DNA of 58,346 bases from Nitrospirota bacterium (GTDB taxonomy: Bacteria; Nitrospirota; Nitrospiria; SBBL01; SBBA01). The position numbers were made by a program, and so were the translations under genes. The notes beneath the pieces were generated by a model that did no database searches, was not told the origin of the DNA, and saw only the letters and a list, made by a program, of their open reading frames with translations. Shown here one piece after another: positions 8,642 through 18,781 of this stretch (positions within the stretch are counted from its first letter, which is position 1; the number at the start of each line of letters is the position of its first letter). The stretch is from positions 1 through 58,346 of the forward strand of contig JBBTNS010000018.1 in the NCBI GenBank assembly GCA_038067655.1. Reading direction: 5' to 3'.

Positions 8642-9934
8642 ATGCCACACATAAAAGGGTTATTGATCATTCTCTTTTTTTATCTAACTGGATGTGGGGG
8701 GGGTACGTTCCAAGTGCCCCTCCCAGAAGAAAACCCTAACAATACAGCCCCAGTCAAAATAGTGGATCGTTCAACTCTCGTATCTGGAGGAGCGGGTTCC
8801 TTTTTGGATCCGATAACCATCACGCATATCAAAGGTTTGGAATATCCTCATTATCCTTCGGTGGCAGCGGATGGGCAGACCGTTATTGTCGCTTGGGATG
8901 CTCGGCTAATAAAACCGGGGAGACCGGGTTTCTTTGTTCGCTCCATAGATGGGGGAAAAACCTTTTCCCCGCCAGTCAGCCTTTTTACAAAGAATACAGA
9001 TGATGTATCTTATGGTAACCCTTCAGTGGCGATAGATGGCCAGAATGTCTTTATGACATGGGCCTATTCGAGGCGGGTTTTTTTATTTTTTTACATTAAC
9101 CGATTATTTCTTTATCGTTCTACAGATGGAGGAGCCACATTTTCTGGACCCGTTAACATTGCGGGTGGTGTGAGGCGTGTCTTTAATACTGCTGTGGCTG
9201 TGGATGGAAAAACTGTTCTTGTGCTCTATACAGGCATAGATCAAAAGAATAATCGGATCCATAGTCCCTTTCTTACCCGCTCTACGAATGGGGGAAAAAG
9301 TTTTTCAAAACCGATCAACCTTTCACCGGATATATTTTCTCCTTACGATCTTTCAGTGGCTATTGATGGACAGACTGTTATTGTGAGTTGGACGCAGGAT
9401 AGGGATTCTCGAGAACCGAGGCGTCTTTGGTTTGCGCGTTCCACAGATGGAGGGGCAACCTTTTCACCACCGGTGAATCTCGCAAGTCATGAGGGATGGT
9501 TTCCTTCTGTAGGTATTTCTGGACAGACCGTTCTTATAACTGGGGACTTTCCTGGGAAAGAGAGAGGGGTATTGCTTGCCCGCTCCATAGATGGAGGAGC
9601 GACCTTTTCAACGCCGGTTGCCATATCAAAGAGAGCTAGCTCTTCTTGGGCACCTTCGATGGCAATAGATGGCCAAACGGTCATTGTAGCATGGGGAGAG
9701 AGAGATAGTTCGTATAAAGATGCGTCTGACATTTGGTTTGTTCTTTCCCATGATGGGGGGGTAATATTTTCCACACCTGTTAACCTCTCCAATATTGACC
9801 ACTCAAAGGCGAATGCTCCTGATGCTTCGAGTCCCTCCGTTGCGCTAGATGGCCAAACGGCTTTTGTGACATGGACAGGTTCCATGGGTAAAAAAGATGG
9901 TCTTTATCTTGCCCGTATCCCGCTTGGGAAGTGA
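8642..9934 (+). CDS. BNR/Asp-box repeat (sialidase-like beta-propeller) lipoprotein
   Basis: Textbook lipoprotein signal MPHIKGLLIILFFYLTGC. About seven Asp-box repeats (SIDGGKTFS, STDGGATFS x2, STNGGKSFS, SIDGGATFS, SHDGGVIFS). The frame stays open upstream to 8339, so the start is uncertain. Confidence 0.7.
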   Translation: MPHIKGLLIILFFYLTGCGGGTFQVPLPEENPNNTAPVKIVDRSTLVSGGAGSFLDPITITHIKGLEYPHYPSVAADGQTVIVAWDARLIKPGRPGFFVRSIDGGKTFSPPVSLFTKNTDDVSYGNPSVAIDGQNVFMTWAYSRRVFLFFYINRLFLYRSTDGGATFSGPVNIAGGVRRVFNTAVAVDGKTVLVLYTGIDQKNNRIHSPFLTRSTNGGKSFSKPINLSPDIFSPYDLSVAIDGQTVIVSWTQDRDSREPRRLWFARSTDGGATFSPPVNLASHEGWFPSVGISGQTVLITGDFPGKERGVLLARSIDGGATFSTPVAISKRASSSWAPSMAIDGQTVIVAWGERDSSYKDASDIWFVLSHDGGVIFSTPVNLSNIDHSKANAPDASSPSVALDGQTAFVTWTGSMGKKDGLYLARIPLGK

Positions 9935-10047
9935 ACGGATTTTCTGGTTTGACTTCCTCCTCCTACAACTAAACGTAGGGTCACCCATTAACAGTTGATG
10001 TCAAGAGGCATTGTGATCGCTGTGACACCATCTATCGGGACAGACGA

Positions 10048-11514
10048 TTACCTTACAATCGCGATGGTGCTGTTTTGGGGGTCGAGGCCGTCTACCGTTG
10101 CGCCAATTTGGGCCATCTCGACGATATATTGAATCACCTCTTGTGTCACTTCTTCTCCCGGAACCAAAAGAGGGATACCGGGCGGATAAACGGTGACAAT
10201 CTCGGCGCTTAACTTGCCCTTCGCCTCAACCAGCGGGATATATTGCAGCTCCCTGAAGAAGGCATCGCGCGGAGAGATATCAGTGGTCTTTCCAAACGGG
10301 GGAGTCCCGATTTGAGCCGAAAACAACGGCGTCTTCCCATGATACTCTTTTGAAATTTCACGTAAGGCATCCACCAGTCGCGCCAGATCGTCCTTCCGAT
10401 CCCCGATACTCACAATCACTAACACATTGATTGGATCGGCCATCTCCACCTGAATATGATATTGGGTATTCAAAATTTGCGAAACCTGATAGCCAGAAAG
10501 ACCCAAATCTTTTACGGTAACAGTCAGCTTGGTCACATCAAAGCCACCCATCTGCGCAAAAAGCGGATTGGAAACAACATTTTGACCAAAACAAAAAATG
10601 CCGGGAATCCGATTTATTTTCGCCCGCGCATCTTCGGCCAGACGAATGGTTCTGTCCAGCAATGTATGTCCCTCGGTCGCCATCTGCATCCGCGCTAAGT
10701 CGAGCGAGGCCATCAAAATATACGAAGGGCTGGTACTTTGCACCAGCTTCAACACCGCAGCCAATGCCGTCATGTCAATTCGGCTTCCTTTTGCATGGAG
10801 CATCGAAGCTTGCGTCATCCCGCCAATAATCTTATGCGTGCTTTGCACGGCCAGATCGGCCCCGGCCTGCATGGCCGAAGGAGGAAGGTTAGGATGAAAA
10901 CTTAAATGCGGGCCATGCGCCTCATCCACCAAAACCGTTAGCCCTTTCTCATGGGCATACGCAATAATTCGCTTAGTATCGGCACAGATGCCGTAATAAT
11001 TGGGCGTGGTCAGCAAAAGGGTCTTCGCCGAGGGATTTGCGTTAATGGCCTTCACCGTTTCATCATAAGTGACGTTTAAGGTCATCTTCAGATTTTCGTC
11101 TACGGAGGGAAGGTAAAAAATTGGCTTTGCCCCGGAAAAGATGAGTCCAGCTAAGACCGACTTATGGGCATTTCGGGCAACCAATACCGAATCGTTTGGG
11201 CTGCACATGGTTAAAACCATCGCATGGTTGCCGCCGGTCGTTCCATTCAACAGAAAAAAGGAGCGATCGGCACCATAAGCCAAAGCGGCCAGCCGCTGGG
11301 CCTCTTTGATCACGCCCTTTGGCTCTTGCAAAGAGTCCACCTCATCTAAGACAGTGAGGTCAATTGAAAATATTTTCGGGCCGACAAATTTGCGAAAACG
11401 GGTTGAGATGCCCTTCCCGCTTTTGTGGCCGGGGGTATGGAAGGAGACCTTTCGGCTTTCGGCCAAGGCCACCATCGCATCAAACAGAGGCGTCTTAAAT
11501 TGCTCTTCGTTCAA
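10048..11514 (-). CDS. PLP-dependent Orn/Lys/Arg decarboxylase family enzyme (likely arginine decarboxylase of the polyamine operon)
   Basis: Family motifs (HTPGHK, STHKIIGGMTQASMLH with the PLP lysine). Lies in an operon with speE and speD. Confidence 0.8.
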   Translation of the reverse strand: MNEEQFKTPLFDAMVALAESRKVSFHTPGHKSGKGISTRFRKFVGPKIFSIDLTVLDEVDSLQEPKGVIKEAQRLAALAYGADRSFFLLNGTTGGNHAMVLTMCSPNDSVLVARNAHKSVLAGLIFSGAKPIFYLPSVDENLKMTLNVTYDETVKAINANPSAKTLLLTTPNYYGICADTKRIIAYAHEKGLTVLVDEAHGPHLSFHPNLPPSAMQAGADLAVQSTHKIIGGMTQASMLHAKGSRIDMTALAAVLKLVQSTSPSYILMASLDLARMQMATEGHTLLDRTIRLAEDARAKINRIPGIFCFGQNVVSNPLFAQMGGFDVTKLTVTVKDLGLSGYQVSQILNTQYHIQVEMADPINVLVIVSIGDRKDDLARLVDALREISKEYHGKTPLFSAQIGTPPFGKTTDISPRDAFFRELQYIPLVEAKGKLSAEIVTVYPPGIPLLVPGEEVTQEVIQYIVEMAQIGATVDGLDPQNSTIAIVR

Positions 11515-11519
11515 CGGGT

Positions 11520-12440
11520 TTAGTTATGAGTAAATAGAGGATGGTTATCCTCAATAATTCTGTCCTGTTTTTCCATCTGGAGCCGAATATGTTTTGGCAG
11601 AAGGAACTGGCCCCGGTGTATGTCCCCGTCATAGTAGAGCAACTCTCCGGTGATTCGCTCTGCAATCTTACGATTGACCTCTTTTGGATCAATCTCTCTT
11701 GGGTCAAACTGTTTTGAGGCGAGCGCGAATCCCCAGGGCAATCCAAACGACGGAATACAGGCCTGATAGCCGGTTACAATCGGAAAGGCTTGTCGAAGTG
11801 TTTGATAAACCGATGTAAAATTCAATAGATTGTTTGCGGAAGTGGTTCCGGCCTGGAGCGAAATGATCCCATCGGGGCTTAACCGATCAGTCACCAGCGT
11901 ATAAAACTCTTTTGTGTAAAGAAGATAGGCTGGGCCTTCTTCCACCGGCTCGGAAATATCAATGATGATAATATCGTATGTCTCGTTTGTCTCCTCCAGA
12001 TAACGCCGCGCGTCCTGATACCGAAGTATGGTGCGCGGATCGTCAAACGCACCCGCATGCCATGCAGGCAGATGGTCTTTGCAAGAGACGACCACTTCCT
12101 CGTCAATATCAACCATGACGGCCTTTTTAACGGAAGGGTAACGGAGAATCTCGCGTAAAGTCGCTCCCTCGCCTCCGCCCACCACAAAAACACTTTGCGG
12201 ATTCGGATGGGTCAACATTGCCGGATGAACGAGTGCCTCGTGGTAGATAAACTCGTCAGCCTCGGAAGACTGCATCTTGCCATCTAAGACCAGGCAACGT
12301 CCGTAACTAAGCGTGTCAATGATTTCCAGTCGTTGAAAAGCGGTCTGCCGGTCGTAGACAATCTTATCAATGCCATGCAGATGCCCCTCGACGGGGGAGA
12401 GGGAATCAAGAAACCATTTGGAGCTCTTCGTCTCGCTCAT
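11520..12440 (-). CDS. speE: Spermidine synthase (polyamine aminopropyltransferase)
   Basis: VFVVGGGEGATLREILRY, MVDIDEEVV, YDIIIIDISEP. Start set at MSETKSS (12440) rather than the longer ORF start at 12485. Confidence 0.85.
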   Translation of the reverse strand: MSETKSSKWFLDSLSPVEGHLHGIDKIVYDRQTAFQRLEIIDTLSYGRCLVLDGKMQSSEADEFIYHEALVHPAMLTHPNPQSVFVVGGGEGATLREILRYPSVKKAVMVDIDEEVVVSCKDHLPAWHAGAFDDPRTILRYQDARRYLEETNETYDIIIIDISEPVEEGPAYLLYTKEFYTLVTDRLSPDGIISLQAGTTSANNLLNFTSVYQTLRQAFPIVTGYQACIPSFGLPWGFALASKQFDPREIDPKEVNRKIAERITGELLYYDGDIHRGQFLLPKHIRLQMEKQDRIIEDNHPLFTHN

Positions 12441-12837
12441 GACAGGCTTCTCCTTTTTCTGGTTTGTGGGGCAATGATATGCCATCCAACCGCAATGTTC
12501 CTCTTTTCACTTCGATCACAGAGGGATTTTTGGACTCAAACTTTTTTGCTAAATAATCAGCGGCAACAGACGGCTGTAATGTTTCCCCGCAAGTGAAGAT
12601 ATCCACTGCGGCATAGCCATATTCCGGCCAGGTATGAATGGAAAGATGAGATTCCGCAATAATGACAACACCACTGACACCATGCGGATTAAATTGATGA
12701 AAATGTGCGCTTAAAACGGTTGCGCGGGCCTCTTTGGCCGCGTCCACCATGAACTTCTCTATCTTTTTGTAATCATCTAACAATGTTGTGTTGCATTCTC
12801 TCAGCTCGACCAACAAGTGCGTCCCTAAAGCTTGCAC
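12406..12837 (-). CDS. speD: S-adenosylmethionine decarboxylase proenzyme (small SpeH/SpeD type)
   Basis: Self-processing site motif ESHLSIHTWPE; GTG start; overlaps the speE start. Confidence 0.85.
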   Translation of the reverse strand: MQALGTHLLVELRECNTTLLDDYKKIEKFMVDAAKEARATVLSAHFHQFNPHGVSGVVIIAESHLSIHTWPEYGYAAVDIFTCGETLQPSVAADYLAKKFESKNPSVIEVKRGTLRLDGISLPHKPEKGEACHERDEELQMVS

Positions 12838-12920
12838 TCTATTTACCCCCTTTCGTTCGATCCGGTGAAACCGGAGTCATTTATTTTCAAAAACGAAATC
12901 CACAGCAAAAATTCGCTAGG

Positions 12921-12953
12921 TTGTTATAATACATTTTGTTTATACTTTGTCAA
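12921..12953 (-). promoter_or_regulatory. Possible sigma70-type promoter of the speD-speE-decarboxylase operon
   Basis: On the minus strand, TTGACA is followed after 17-19 nt by ATTATAAC (best -10 is TATAAC). Lies about 80 nt upstream of the speD GTG. The -10 is weak and there is no experimental support. Confidence 0.35.
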
Positions 12954-12970
12954 GAAAAATTTTTAAAAAT

Positions 12971-13230
12971 TGTCAGTGACAAATAGAGATGGAAGGTTTT
13001 GAGGTACCCTTTTTGAGAAAGGAGGGAAAGTCGGGCGGGACAATTGTGTTCATTTTGAGGGGCGTGTTTTACTGATTCCGAGTCATCCGTATCGTTGTCA
13101 TGACGTGAAAGCGACGGTTCGTGTGTCGCTTTATGGGGATGGGCGAGTGGCTCTTTTTCATGGGCCTCGGAAATGGGTGGAATATGATGAGAAAGGAGGG
13201 GCTGTTTTACAGTGGGAAAAGGCTGCGTAA
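12971..13230 (+). mobile_element. Internally deleted ISNCY-like IS remnant (5' end joined directly to the last 67 transposase codons)
   Basis: 12971-13026 repeats the 5' end seen at 20626-20705. 13027-13230 translates to ...GRDNCVHFEGRVLLIPSHPYRCHDVKATVRVSLYGDGRVALFHGPRKWVEYDEKG..., which resembles ISNCY-family transposase C-termini as I recall them. Confidence 0.6.
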
Positions 13231-13280
13231 ATCCGCTTCGCAGATGAAGTAAATCATATTGGGGATGCCTAACCAGTTAT

Positions 13281-15801
13281 TCACTCCCTCGCCACCACCG
13301 TGTCGTACAACCCGTAATGGGTCAGACCCGGATGGCTATCTATGCCGGCGTAACGGAGCGACGCGTCTTCGTACCGCCGGAACGCGAACACGGCCTGATT
13401 CATCTGCTCGGTGTTGAACACCTTCAGCCGCACAAGCAGGTGGAAGTCCTTCACCGTCAGGCCTGTGACAACGAGGAACAGCTCCGGTTCGAGTTTGGTG
13501 ATGACATCCTGCAACGTGTTTTCGCGGAAGTCGGTCAGGTACATGAACGCGGGAATCCGCGTCGCAAACTTGATCAGCTTCTCTTGAACAAGCTTGCGCT
13601 TTGACTTGTACTCCTTCTCCTCGTCGGTGAGCTGTTTCTTCTGCTTCTCCGTCAGCTCTTTGTCTTTGGCCTTGTTCTTGAGTTCCCTGACCTTCTCGCT
13701 CTTGTTGATGATGGTCTCGATGATGTGGTCGCCCAGCGAGCGCCAGCCCTCGATGCGCTCAACGGCGGCCATCGCTTCGGGGTTGTCGAGGATGCGCCGG
13801 AGCGTGTCGTTGTCCACGTTCACGAGCAGCGCGCTCTCCCACTTGCGAGCCAGCAGCGTGGCCGAGGTGCCCGCCATCGCGATGTCGAGAATGCCGCCTG
13901 CATCAATCTGCGTCATGTTGGCACCGTCGAAGGCCAGCACGGGCAGGAACGACACGAGGTCCTTGACGGCGTTCTCCGGGTTCGGCTCGTTAGGCGACAG
14001 GCCGATTGCGTACTCGGAGAGCTGCCGCAGCGCGCGCGTGGGCGCGAAGTCGAACACGAAGCAGACGGGCTTGAATATCTCCTCTTCGTTCGGGTTGTCA
14101 CCGTTTGGGTTCTTGATGGACCAGGGTGACTGCACGCGGAACGCGGCCTGAAAGTAGGTCTCCGGCGACTTGAGATTGCGCAGCATCAGGATGGATGACC
14201 ACTGCGGCACCGTGACGCCGGTGGTGAGCTTGCCGCAGGAGAGCGTGATGGTCTTGGTCGTAAACCCGCTGCCGATGGCCGTGCGCACGGGTGGCAACGC
14301 ATCCAGTCCGATGCCCGCAGATGCGCCAGCAGCGACGACCACCTCATAGTCGCGCCAGAAGGTGTTGTGCTTCTCGGCCAACAGGTTCGCCATCGCGTGG
14401 CAGGCCGCGACGTTGGGCAGAAACCAGAACGAGTGCTGCAAGTAGGGCAGCAGGCGAACGTCCGAGTGGCCGGGTGCCAGTCTTGAGATACTCCACCGCC
14501 TTGGGCGCATACCCGCCGCGGATGATGTCCAGCCACTTCTGCACATCGCTCTTGTGCTTGAACTGCGCCTTGAGGCCCGTGCCCGATGCCTCGAAAAACG
14601 CGTTGAGATCGAACTCGTCGAACTCCCCCGCGCTCGCTATGGCAACCAGTTCGTCCGGCATCTGGTAGGTCAGCAGGCGCATCTGCGGCAGCGCGCCGTA
14701 GGGGTTCCACTGGCCAAGGTTCTGGGCGGCGAACGCTTCCTTGGCGCGCTGTTCGTCCGTGTACGTCCAGTTGAATATCTGCTCCTCGATGAACTCGCCC
14801 GTGGCCAGAGCCTTGAACGGGGTGCCCGAGAGGTAGAGATACGCCTTGGTCGTGATCGGTAGGAACTGATCCGAGAGCTCCTTCAGGTCTTCATTTACTC
14901 TCTCCAGATTCTTGGCGTATTCGATCTTTACCGCCTCTTCCGCGACTGCATCTTCCTCACCTTCGAACAATTCCTTGGCGGTCTCCCGCCACGCGCCGAA
15001 ATGGTATTCGTCGAACACCACGAGGTCCCACTTCACTTTGTGCAGCCATTCGTTCTTGGGCTTGATGTTCCCCGCCGCATCGCGGCCGAGCAGGTCTTGG
15101 AAGGAGCCGAAATAGACGACCGGCTTCTTGCTGTTGATCTTCGTCGGGTCTCCGTCGGAGTGGCGCGACAGGTACTGCCAGCCGTCGAAGTCCACATGAC
15201 TTTCAATATCCGTCTGCCACGCGTCCTCCACGGCGGGCTTGAAGGTCACCACGAGCACGCGTTTGGCGCCGAGCTTCCGGGCCAACTGATACGCGGTGAA
15301 GGTCTTTCCGAAGCGCATTTTCGCATTCCAGAGAAAGCGCGGGACCGCGTGCATGTCTTCCTTCCAGATGGAGTGGAAGTAGGCGTGGGTCTTGTTCACG
15401 GCGTCGGCTTGCTCGCGGCGCATCACGAACGTCTCGTGATGGGTGCCGGTGAATCGCTGGCCGGTGCGGAGTTCAGTGAGCACGGTTTGCACGTCCGTGA
15501 CCGAGCAGCGCATCCATTCCAGTTCGACGTTCTCGATCCCTTTCCTGACAAGTGCAGCGCGTACGTCGTGGTCACTGAAAATGCTGCCGTTGTCGCGCTC
15601 GGCGGATGCGTCGAGTTCAATGCGAAAGCTCTTGATCGCGGCGGTCTTGAGCTGCTCGGCGACACGCTGCTTCACGTCGCGTGTGGTCTGGCCCACCTTG
15701 AGGAGGCCCGCGTGCGCTTCGTCGGAAATGGAGTAGGCATAAATGCGCGGCCGGGCTTCCGGCTTGGGCGCAAGGATTTCTTCGATGGTGGGCTTGCTCA
15801 T
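13281..15801 (-). pseudogene. T5orf172/GIY-YIG-like nuclease domain fused to a DExH SF2 helicase (about 840 aa), broken by one frameshift near 14475-14485
   Basis: N-terminus IYAYSI...GLLKVGQT; helicase motifs AKMRFGKT, VVFDEYH, LSGTP, GKLTTGVTVPQW, QAAFRVQS. ORFs 14344..15801 and 13281..14546 are consecutive parts in different frames (…AVEYLK / PGHSDVRLLPYLQHSFWF…). Confidence 0.75.
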
Positions 15802-16805
15802 GACGACCTCTCGATGACTTCCCAGTGGCCGGCCTTGTCGGAGCCGATCCGTTTGAGATGGCCCTGTTCACGTAGTGTTTTGAGATGGCGTTCCACGGTT
15901 CGAGTGGTCTTGTTCAGCAGGGTTGCCAACTCCTTGGCTGACAAATGCGGCTGCTGCGCCAGGAATCCCAGAATTTGGCCACTTACACCGACATTTACAC
16001 CGACATCTTCAGGGGTGGTTTCCACGCTCTCCGTCGCCACATCAATGTACTTGTACAGCGAATTGGCTATGGCATCGAGCATAAAACCGATGAACGGACG
16101 GCAATCCAGCGCGCCGGTATGCGAATCCTGCAACGCCTTGTAGTACAGCGCCTGATTGTGGTGAACCAGGGTTTCAACCGGCATCCAGGCAAACAGCGGG
16201 TTCCATCGGGAAAGAATCAGCGTCTGCCACAGCCGCCCGATTCGGCCATTGCCGTCGCGGAAAGGATGGATGTATTCCAGCATGTAGTGGACGGCGGAAC
16301 TCTTGATGAGCGGGTGCGCTTCGGCGGTCTTTCCCCAATCCAGAAGCTGCTCGACCAGGGCGGGGACATCTCCCGCCGGAGAGCCACGGTGCATCACCGT
16401 ACCATCGCCGCTCACGACGGCCACACCGACTGTGCGGAACCGGCCCGACTCTCCGATGAGTGCGTCGGTCAGATGCGCGTGGGCTTTCAGAAGGTCGCTC
16501 ACCGACCAGGGCTCATAGCGGGTCATTTCGTTGTAGGCATGCCACGCGTTCTGCACCTCTTTGATGTCCTTGGGCGGCCCCCAAACCGGTTTGCCGTTGA
16601 TGACATCGGTGACTTGACCCAAAGTGAGCCGGTTTCCTTCAATGGCCGTGGAGGCGTGAATCGAGAGAATGCGGTTGAGTTTGCGCAGATGCAACAGATC
16701 GCCCGACTGCTCCTCGCTGATCTTGACGCGTTCCAGCAGGGTGTGAATGGCGCCGATCTTTTCGTGCCACAGGGGGTCGTCCGTATAAAACTTCTCAAGC
16801 GGCAT
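15798..16805 (-). CDS. Fic/DOC-family protein (class II, with N-terminal inhibitory helix) and C-terminal winged-HTH
   Basis: Catalytic motif HPFRDGNGRIGR; inhibitory motif STAIEGN ((S/T)xxxE(G/N)); C-terminal HTH (SAKELATLLNKTTRTVERHLKTL). Its stop overlaps the helicase ATG (ATGA). Confidence 0.85.
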   Translation of the reverse strand: MPLEKFYTDDPLWHEKIGAIHTLLERVKISEEQSGDLLHLRKLNRILSIHASTAIEGNRLTLGQVTDVINGKPVWGPPKDIKEVQNAWHAYNEMTRYEPWSVSDLLKAHAHLTDALIGESGRFRTVGVAVVSGDGTVMHRGSPAGDVPALVEQLLDWGKTAEAHPLIKSSAVHYMLEYIHPFRDGNGRIGRLWQTLILSRWNPLFAWMPVETLVHHNQALYYKALQDSHTGALDCRPFIGFMLDAIANSLYKYIDVATESVETTPEDVGVNVGVSGQILGFLAQQPHLSAKELATLLNKTTRTVERHLKTLREQGHLKRIGSDKAGHWEVIERSS

Positions 16806-16858
16806 CACGTGCGGACCTCCGGCTTGGGCGCAAGGATTTCTTCGATGGTCTTACTCAT
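16805..16858 (-). other. 17-codon ORF (MSKTIEEILAPKPEVRT) duplicating the N-terminus of the helicase gene
   Basis: 32-bp identity between 16818-16849 and 15758-15789. Has its own ATG and a GAAGGA Shine-Dalgarno-like sequence. Its stop overlaps the Fic ATG (TGATG). Confidence 0.6.
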
Positions 16859-16955
16859 TGCGCTATCCTTCGAGTTCAGTGTGATAAATCTATTACTCAT
16901 TGAGGCTCTTGAAAAGTCGTCGAAACTGGCTCCCCCGCCCCCTAACCCCCCGCCT

Positions 16956-18137
16956 TTAGCGGAACGCCGCTTTTGACGCGTCCGCTGGAAGGCATTGTTG
17001 GGCATCTTTTAGTTTTGTTGCTAACTCGCGGCCTATTTTTTCTGCAAGCAACACAGGAACTGCATTCCCGATTTGGCGCATAGCTTCACTCCATGCACCT
17101 TTAATAACAAAATCATCGGGAAATGTTTGTATCCGTTTGGCCTCAAATGTAGTGAGATATCGAACACTCCCATCGTTGAAGCGGATCATGTTTTCCCCGC
17201 CAGGCACGCCATGCCCACCGGCTTTAATTGTTTTTGACGGCCAATCAAAATCACTGCCTGTATGCCCAGGATATGTGCGTGCACCCTCTCGAAATATGTG
17301 GTCGATTATTTTGTGATCAGACTCCGGGTTGGGTGTATCGGATAAAGCATCCCGTACTGTTTTCCACGGCAGTAACTCGGGTTCAAACATCCCATACTTA
17401 TCTTTAAGCCGAGATATCTTTTCTTTCAGGATCACATCTAAAACAGGCCGTGCTGACTTAGCCACTTTGTGGCGGTCCCAGTATTCGCCCGTTACGTACA
17501 TATCCCAAAGAAGCCTGTCTTCCGAGTGTGTTTCTACGGGAAATGACCAAGACATTTTGAGGTCGGATCGTGCGCCCACGATGACAACCCTCTCCCGGGT
17601 TTGAGGCACCCCAAAATCTGCGGCATTTAATAGCTTGTACTGAACGTTATATTTTTTTCCAATGTAGGAAGATTTTTCAATAGTACGAAGCTTGTCAAGA
17701 TAACTTCCCCAATCTGCATTTTTACCTGGCGCAAAATCCGGATAACTTAGCCTAAGAATGATGTATTCAAAATAGTCAGAAAAAGTCTCACGCAATAGGC
17801 CTTTTACATTTTCAAAAACAAATGCTTTAGGTGTAAGCCGTTCAATTGCGCGTATAGCGTAGGGGAACATGTCTCGGCTATCTTGATGCGCCCTATGCTT
17901 GCCGCCCAATGAAAATGGCTGGCATGGCGGGCCACCCGCAACGATGTCAACTTGCCCAAGGGTGTCTAAATCGAAGTCTTTTATGTCGCCAAAGAAAATT
18001 GGCACCGAGTCAAAATTTTCAGAGAGTGAGGCACAAGCATGCCGATTAAACTCAACGAAGGCTGCATGCTCAAAACCCGCTAACTCCAGGCCTTTAGCCA
18101 ACCCGCCAGCACCTGAAAATATTTCAAGGGTTTTCAT
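16956..18137 (-). CDS. DNA (cytosine-5)-methyltransferase
   Basis: Motifs I FSGAGG, IV GGPPCQPFS, VI ENVKGL, VIII QTRERVVIVG and X GNAVPV. Starts 3 nt after the upstream Eco29kI-family endonuclease gene ends. Confidence 0.9.
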   Translation of the reverse strand: MKTLEIFSGAGGLAKGLELAGFEHAAFVEFNRHACASLSENFDSVPIFFGDIKDFDLDTLGQVDIVAGGPPCQPFSLGGKHRAHQDSRDMFPYAIRAIERLTPKAFVFENVKGLLRETFSDYFEYIILRLSYPDFAPGKNADWGSYLDKLRTIEKSSYIGKKYNVQYKLLNAADFGVPQTRERVVIVGARSDLKMSWSFPVETHSEDRLLWDMYVTGEYWDRHKVAKSARPVLDVILKEKISRLKDKYGMFEPELLPWKTVRDALSDTPNPESDHKIIDHIFREGARTYPGHTGSDFDWPSKTIKAGGHGVPGGENMIRFNDGSVRYLTTFEAKRIQTFPDDFVIKGAWSEAMRQIGNAVPVLLAEKIGRELATKLKDAQQCLPADASKAAFR

Positions 18138-18139
18138 CG

Positions 18140-18781
18140 CTACGACCCCAAGCGCTTTAGATGAAGCCGTATTTTAGAAACGATGGTGCTTTTTTCTGCA
18201 TGCGCTCCATTGCACTTATTCGCCCAAGCTCGGCCTTCGTGGATAACGTCCCAATCTGACTTGGCTTGCTCGTATCGACCGCTCCCGGGGTCGTGATTGC
18301 CAAAGCCATCAACGGCAGTATTCCAAAGCGGTATATTCATCTTAATGAGAGCCGCCTCGATTGTGCTAATCATGTCCGAGCCTACGTCTTCGAAAATGAC
18401 GAAGCGGCACATGAAATCTTCGAGCAGCAGGCCAGCGCCAAGCGTAATGCCCCTGCTGTGCTCTCGAAGGCGGCCAATCAGTTCGCGAGATTGATTTAGT
18501 GCGTTGTCCGACGAGCGAGCTTGACGCCATCCTTTTGGAACAGCCTTGCCCACATAGATGGGGTAACCGTAGGAAAGGCGGTTTAGCTCCGCATATCGTT
18601 TATATAGTGGGTTGCGTCCCGTGTAGTACAGAGCGTACACCCCTGTTCCAAAGAATGATTCCGGCGGTGGAAGTGTGTGAACGGGGGTGCCGTTAAAGAA
18701 TCTGACTGCATCTTTGACCAATTCGTCAAAGGCATCGTTTTTATACACATGCTTACTTCGGTCAAACGCTTGCGGCTTCAT
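18140..18781 (-). CDS. Eco29kI-family (GIY-YIG type) type II restriction endonuclease
   Basis: 213 aa with GVYALYY...YPIYVGKAVPKGWR, matching my recollection of Eco29kI. Paired with a C5 methyltransferase. Specificity (CCGCGG for Eco29kI) is not verifiable here. Confidence 0.7.
   Translation of the reverse strand: MKPQAFDRSKHVYKNDAFDELVKDAVRFFNGTPVHTLPPPESFFGTGVYALYYTGRNPLYKRYAELNRLSYGYPIYVGKAVPKGWRQARSSDNALNQSRELIGRLREHSRGITLGAGLLLEDFMCRFVIFEDVGSDMISTIEAALIKMNIPLWNTAVDGFGNHDPGSGRYEQAKSDWDVIHEGRAWANKCNGAHAEKSTIVSKIRLHLKRLGS

Noticed and set aside
9487-9885. ORF 9487..9885(-), 132 aa, and similar antisense ORFs inside rpoB, atpD, atpA, htrA and the decarboxylase gene.
   Set aside because: They are fully nested antisense to confidently identified genes and have no motifs of their own.
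8113-10044. A 17-bp near-identical direct repeat, CCATCT(G/A)TCGGGACAG, at 8113-8129 and 10027-10043, flanking the BNR lipoprotein gene. It could be a cassette boundary.
   Set aside because: A 16/17 match is within what chance can produce a few times in a 58-kb window. There is no composition shift and no mobility gene. The evidence is insufficient to call an insertion.
13594-16976. Long + strand ORFs inside the island (13594..14151, 13725..14129, 15001..16143, 15945..16976), plus minus-strand alternative-frame ORFs (14186..14710, 15423..15871, 16523..16798).
   Set aside because: They lie antisense to, or out of frame with, minus-strand genes that have clear family motifs. Their Arg/Ala/Gly/Pro-rich translations are typical stop-poor shadow frames in GC-rich DNA.
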